A DNA stretch of 64,000 nt from Candidatus Latescibacterota bacterium (GTDB lineage: Bacteria > Latescibacterota > UBA2968 > UBA8231), in contig CBDCNM010000002.1 in the NCBI GenBank assembly GCA_965219385.1, positions 1,088,639 to 1,152,638 of the forward strand. The letters run 5' to 3'. The notes under the pieces were generated by a model. It did no database searches. It saw nothing but the letters and a program-made list of their open reading frames with translations, and was not told the DNA's origin. Shown here one piece after another: positions 62,858 to 64,000 of the stretch (its first letter is position 1; each line of letters opens with the position of its first letter). The position numbers and the translations under genes are program-made.

Positions 62858-63561
62858 TTGAGACTCCTGCTGCCTATCATCGCCCTGATCCTGACCTTGC
62901 TGCCGGGTTGCGCCGGCCGCACCTCCTCTAAGCGGGTGGAATTCCAGGCGCCTTCCCCACCCGATCCGGCAATTTTGCCCATCCTGAAGGATGCCAAACG
63001 CATCGGCGTGCTTTCCATTACCAATATTGAGCCGGTGAAAAAGCTGGATATCGAGAAGGTGGTGGGCCGGCTGGCCGACGGCATGGCCCGCGGTCTGGGC
63101 AATATTCCCGAGGTAACCGTGGTCTCCCAGGACGAGATCCGCTGGCATTTCAATTACACCGCCTTTGACTCGGTCAGTGTCTTATCCCCGCAAATCTGCA
63201 CGACCTTGCGAGAGGAGCTGGAACTGGACGCGCCATGGTCTACGTGGAACTGAACGATCTCCAGGCCCAGCTGACACCCGTATCTCCAACCCCTTATGGA
63301 GGCCTTGCGCCGGCTCCCGGCCTGGATCTGTCGGTCGGCCTGCAGGTGACCTTGATGAACCTGCACACCGATGCGGTCTGGCGCCATGATCAGGGCCAGC
63401 ACCGCAACTGGCAGCCCATCCAGCTCCAACTCTTCGGGGGCGGGGACCAGCCCGAGCGCCAGCTCTTGATGGCCCTCCGCCGTCCTCTGAGCCAGATCCT
63501 GGCCCGGGTTGCCCCCCCTCCCAGAAAACAGGTGCGGCACTTCGAAATCAGCGGGGACTGA
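62858..63561 (+). pseudogene. frameshifted duplicate of lipoprotein 50383-51084
   Basis: GACGCGCCATG versus GACGCCATG (2-bp insertion at ~63231), plus R>C. Confidence 0.88.
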
Positions 63562-63579
63562 TTCTCCAGCTCCATAAAA

Positions 63580-63613
63580 GAAGGGCGGATGCCTCGATTG
63601 GCATCCGCCCTTC
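63580..63613. terminator. duplicate terminator hairpin between convergent genes
   Basis: Same hairpin as 51103-51136; lies just past the stop of the minus-strand gene at 63634. Confidence 0.85.
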
Positions 63614-63633
63614 AGGGATTTTCGTATGGACTC

Positions 63634-63999
63634 TTAGCGGCCCCGTTTTTTAGATGCTTTCTTTTTTACGCTTTGAGCTTGCTGCGCAGCCGACTCTGAG
63701 CTGGGGGCTGGCTTTGAGCTGCTCGAAGTGCTGGTGACCTTGCTCGGCACCTGTGGGTGCTCGAAATCGCGTATGCGGGTTGGACTTGTGCGGCTCTCCC
63801 AGACCTCCCTCTGATCCTGCTCGTAGGGGTTGAGCATGAGATCGTTCGAAAAATCCTCCCTGGGCTGGGACTCCTCCTGTTGGGCTGAAAGCGTGCGGAT
63901 GGTATCGTGCATACCCTCCAGCTCGCGGGTGCTCACCAGTTCGTAGCCGGGCGGGATATAAAGGCCGTCGTCCTGGTAATAGGGATCGTAGCCATAGCC
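63634..63999 (-). CDS. hypothetical protein, C-terminal part (begins beyond the window)
   Basis: Frame open to the window edge (GYGYDPYYQDDGLYIPPGYELVSTRELE..KKKASKKRGR). Confidence 0.65.
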   Translation of the reverse strand, partial: GYGYDPYYQDDGLYIPPGYELVSTRELEGMHDTIRTLSAQQEESQPREDFSNDLMLNPYEQDQREVWESRTSPTRIRDFEHPQVPSKVTSTSSSSKPAPSSESAAQQAQSVKKKASKKRGR

Positions 64000-64000
64000 G

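Larger units (their letters stand above)
62762..63638 (+). repeat. 877-bp direct repeat, right copy
   Basis: Duplicate of 50287-51161. Confidence 0.95.

Overview
GC-rich bacterial chromosome segment. A secreted protein ending in a TWGxIK tail and the yggS-yggT-ileS-dksA-lspA-rluD gene order hint at an FCB-group lineage such as Latescibacterota; this is inference only. Bases 1-31 kb are mostly intact core genes: bioB/bioA/bioD/bioF, panB, an alanine/glycine symporter, aceE-aceF-lpdA, a polyprenyl synthase, apbE, secDF, yggS/yggT, a type-2 ileS, dksA, lspA and rluD. 44.3-51.1 kb is an envelope cluster (NlpC/P60, glycosyltransferase, TPR lipoprotein, peptidase-TolB-beta-barrel protein, lipoprotein). 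Two accessory regions (31-44 kb, 51-63 kb) hold IS5, IS701, IS3 and IS91 elements or relics, decayed catabolic genes, and an M.PvuII-like methyltransferase paired with an HNH protein whose catalytic His appears replaced by Tyr. Structure not shown by the ORF track: (1) an 802-nt ORF-less group IIB intron on the minus strand between ileS and dksA, whose EBS1/EBS2 still match the flanking exon; (2) a structured MITE-like repeat family with four copies, three in gene leaders; (3) two insertions bracketed by duplications of host sequence (29 bp and ~875 bp); (4) an IS701-family element whose CTAAG target was created by the end of an IS5. No CRISPR array, tRNA or rRNA was seen. Protein calls rest on motif recognition by eye, not database searches.
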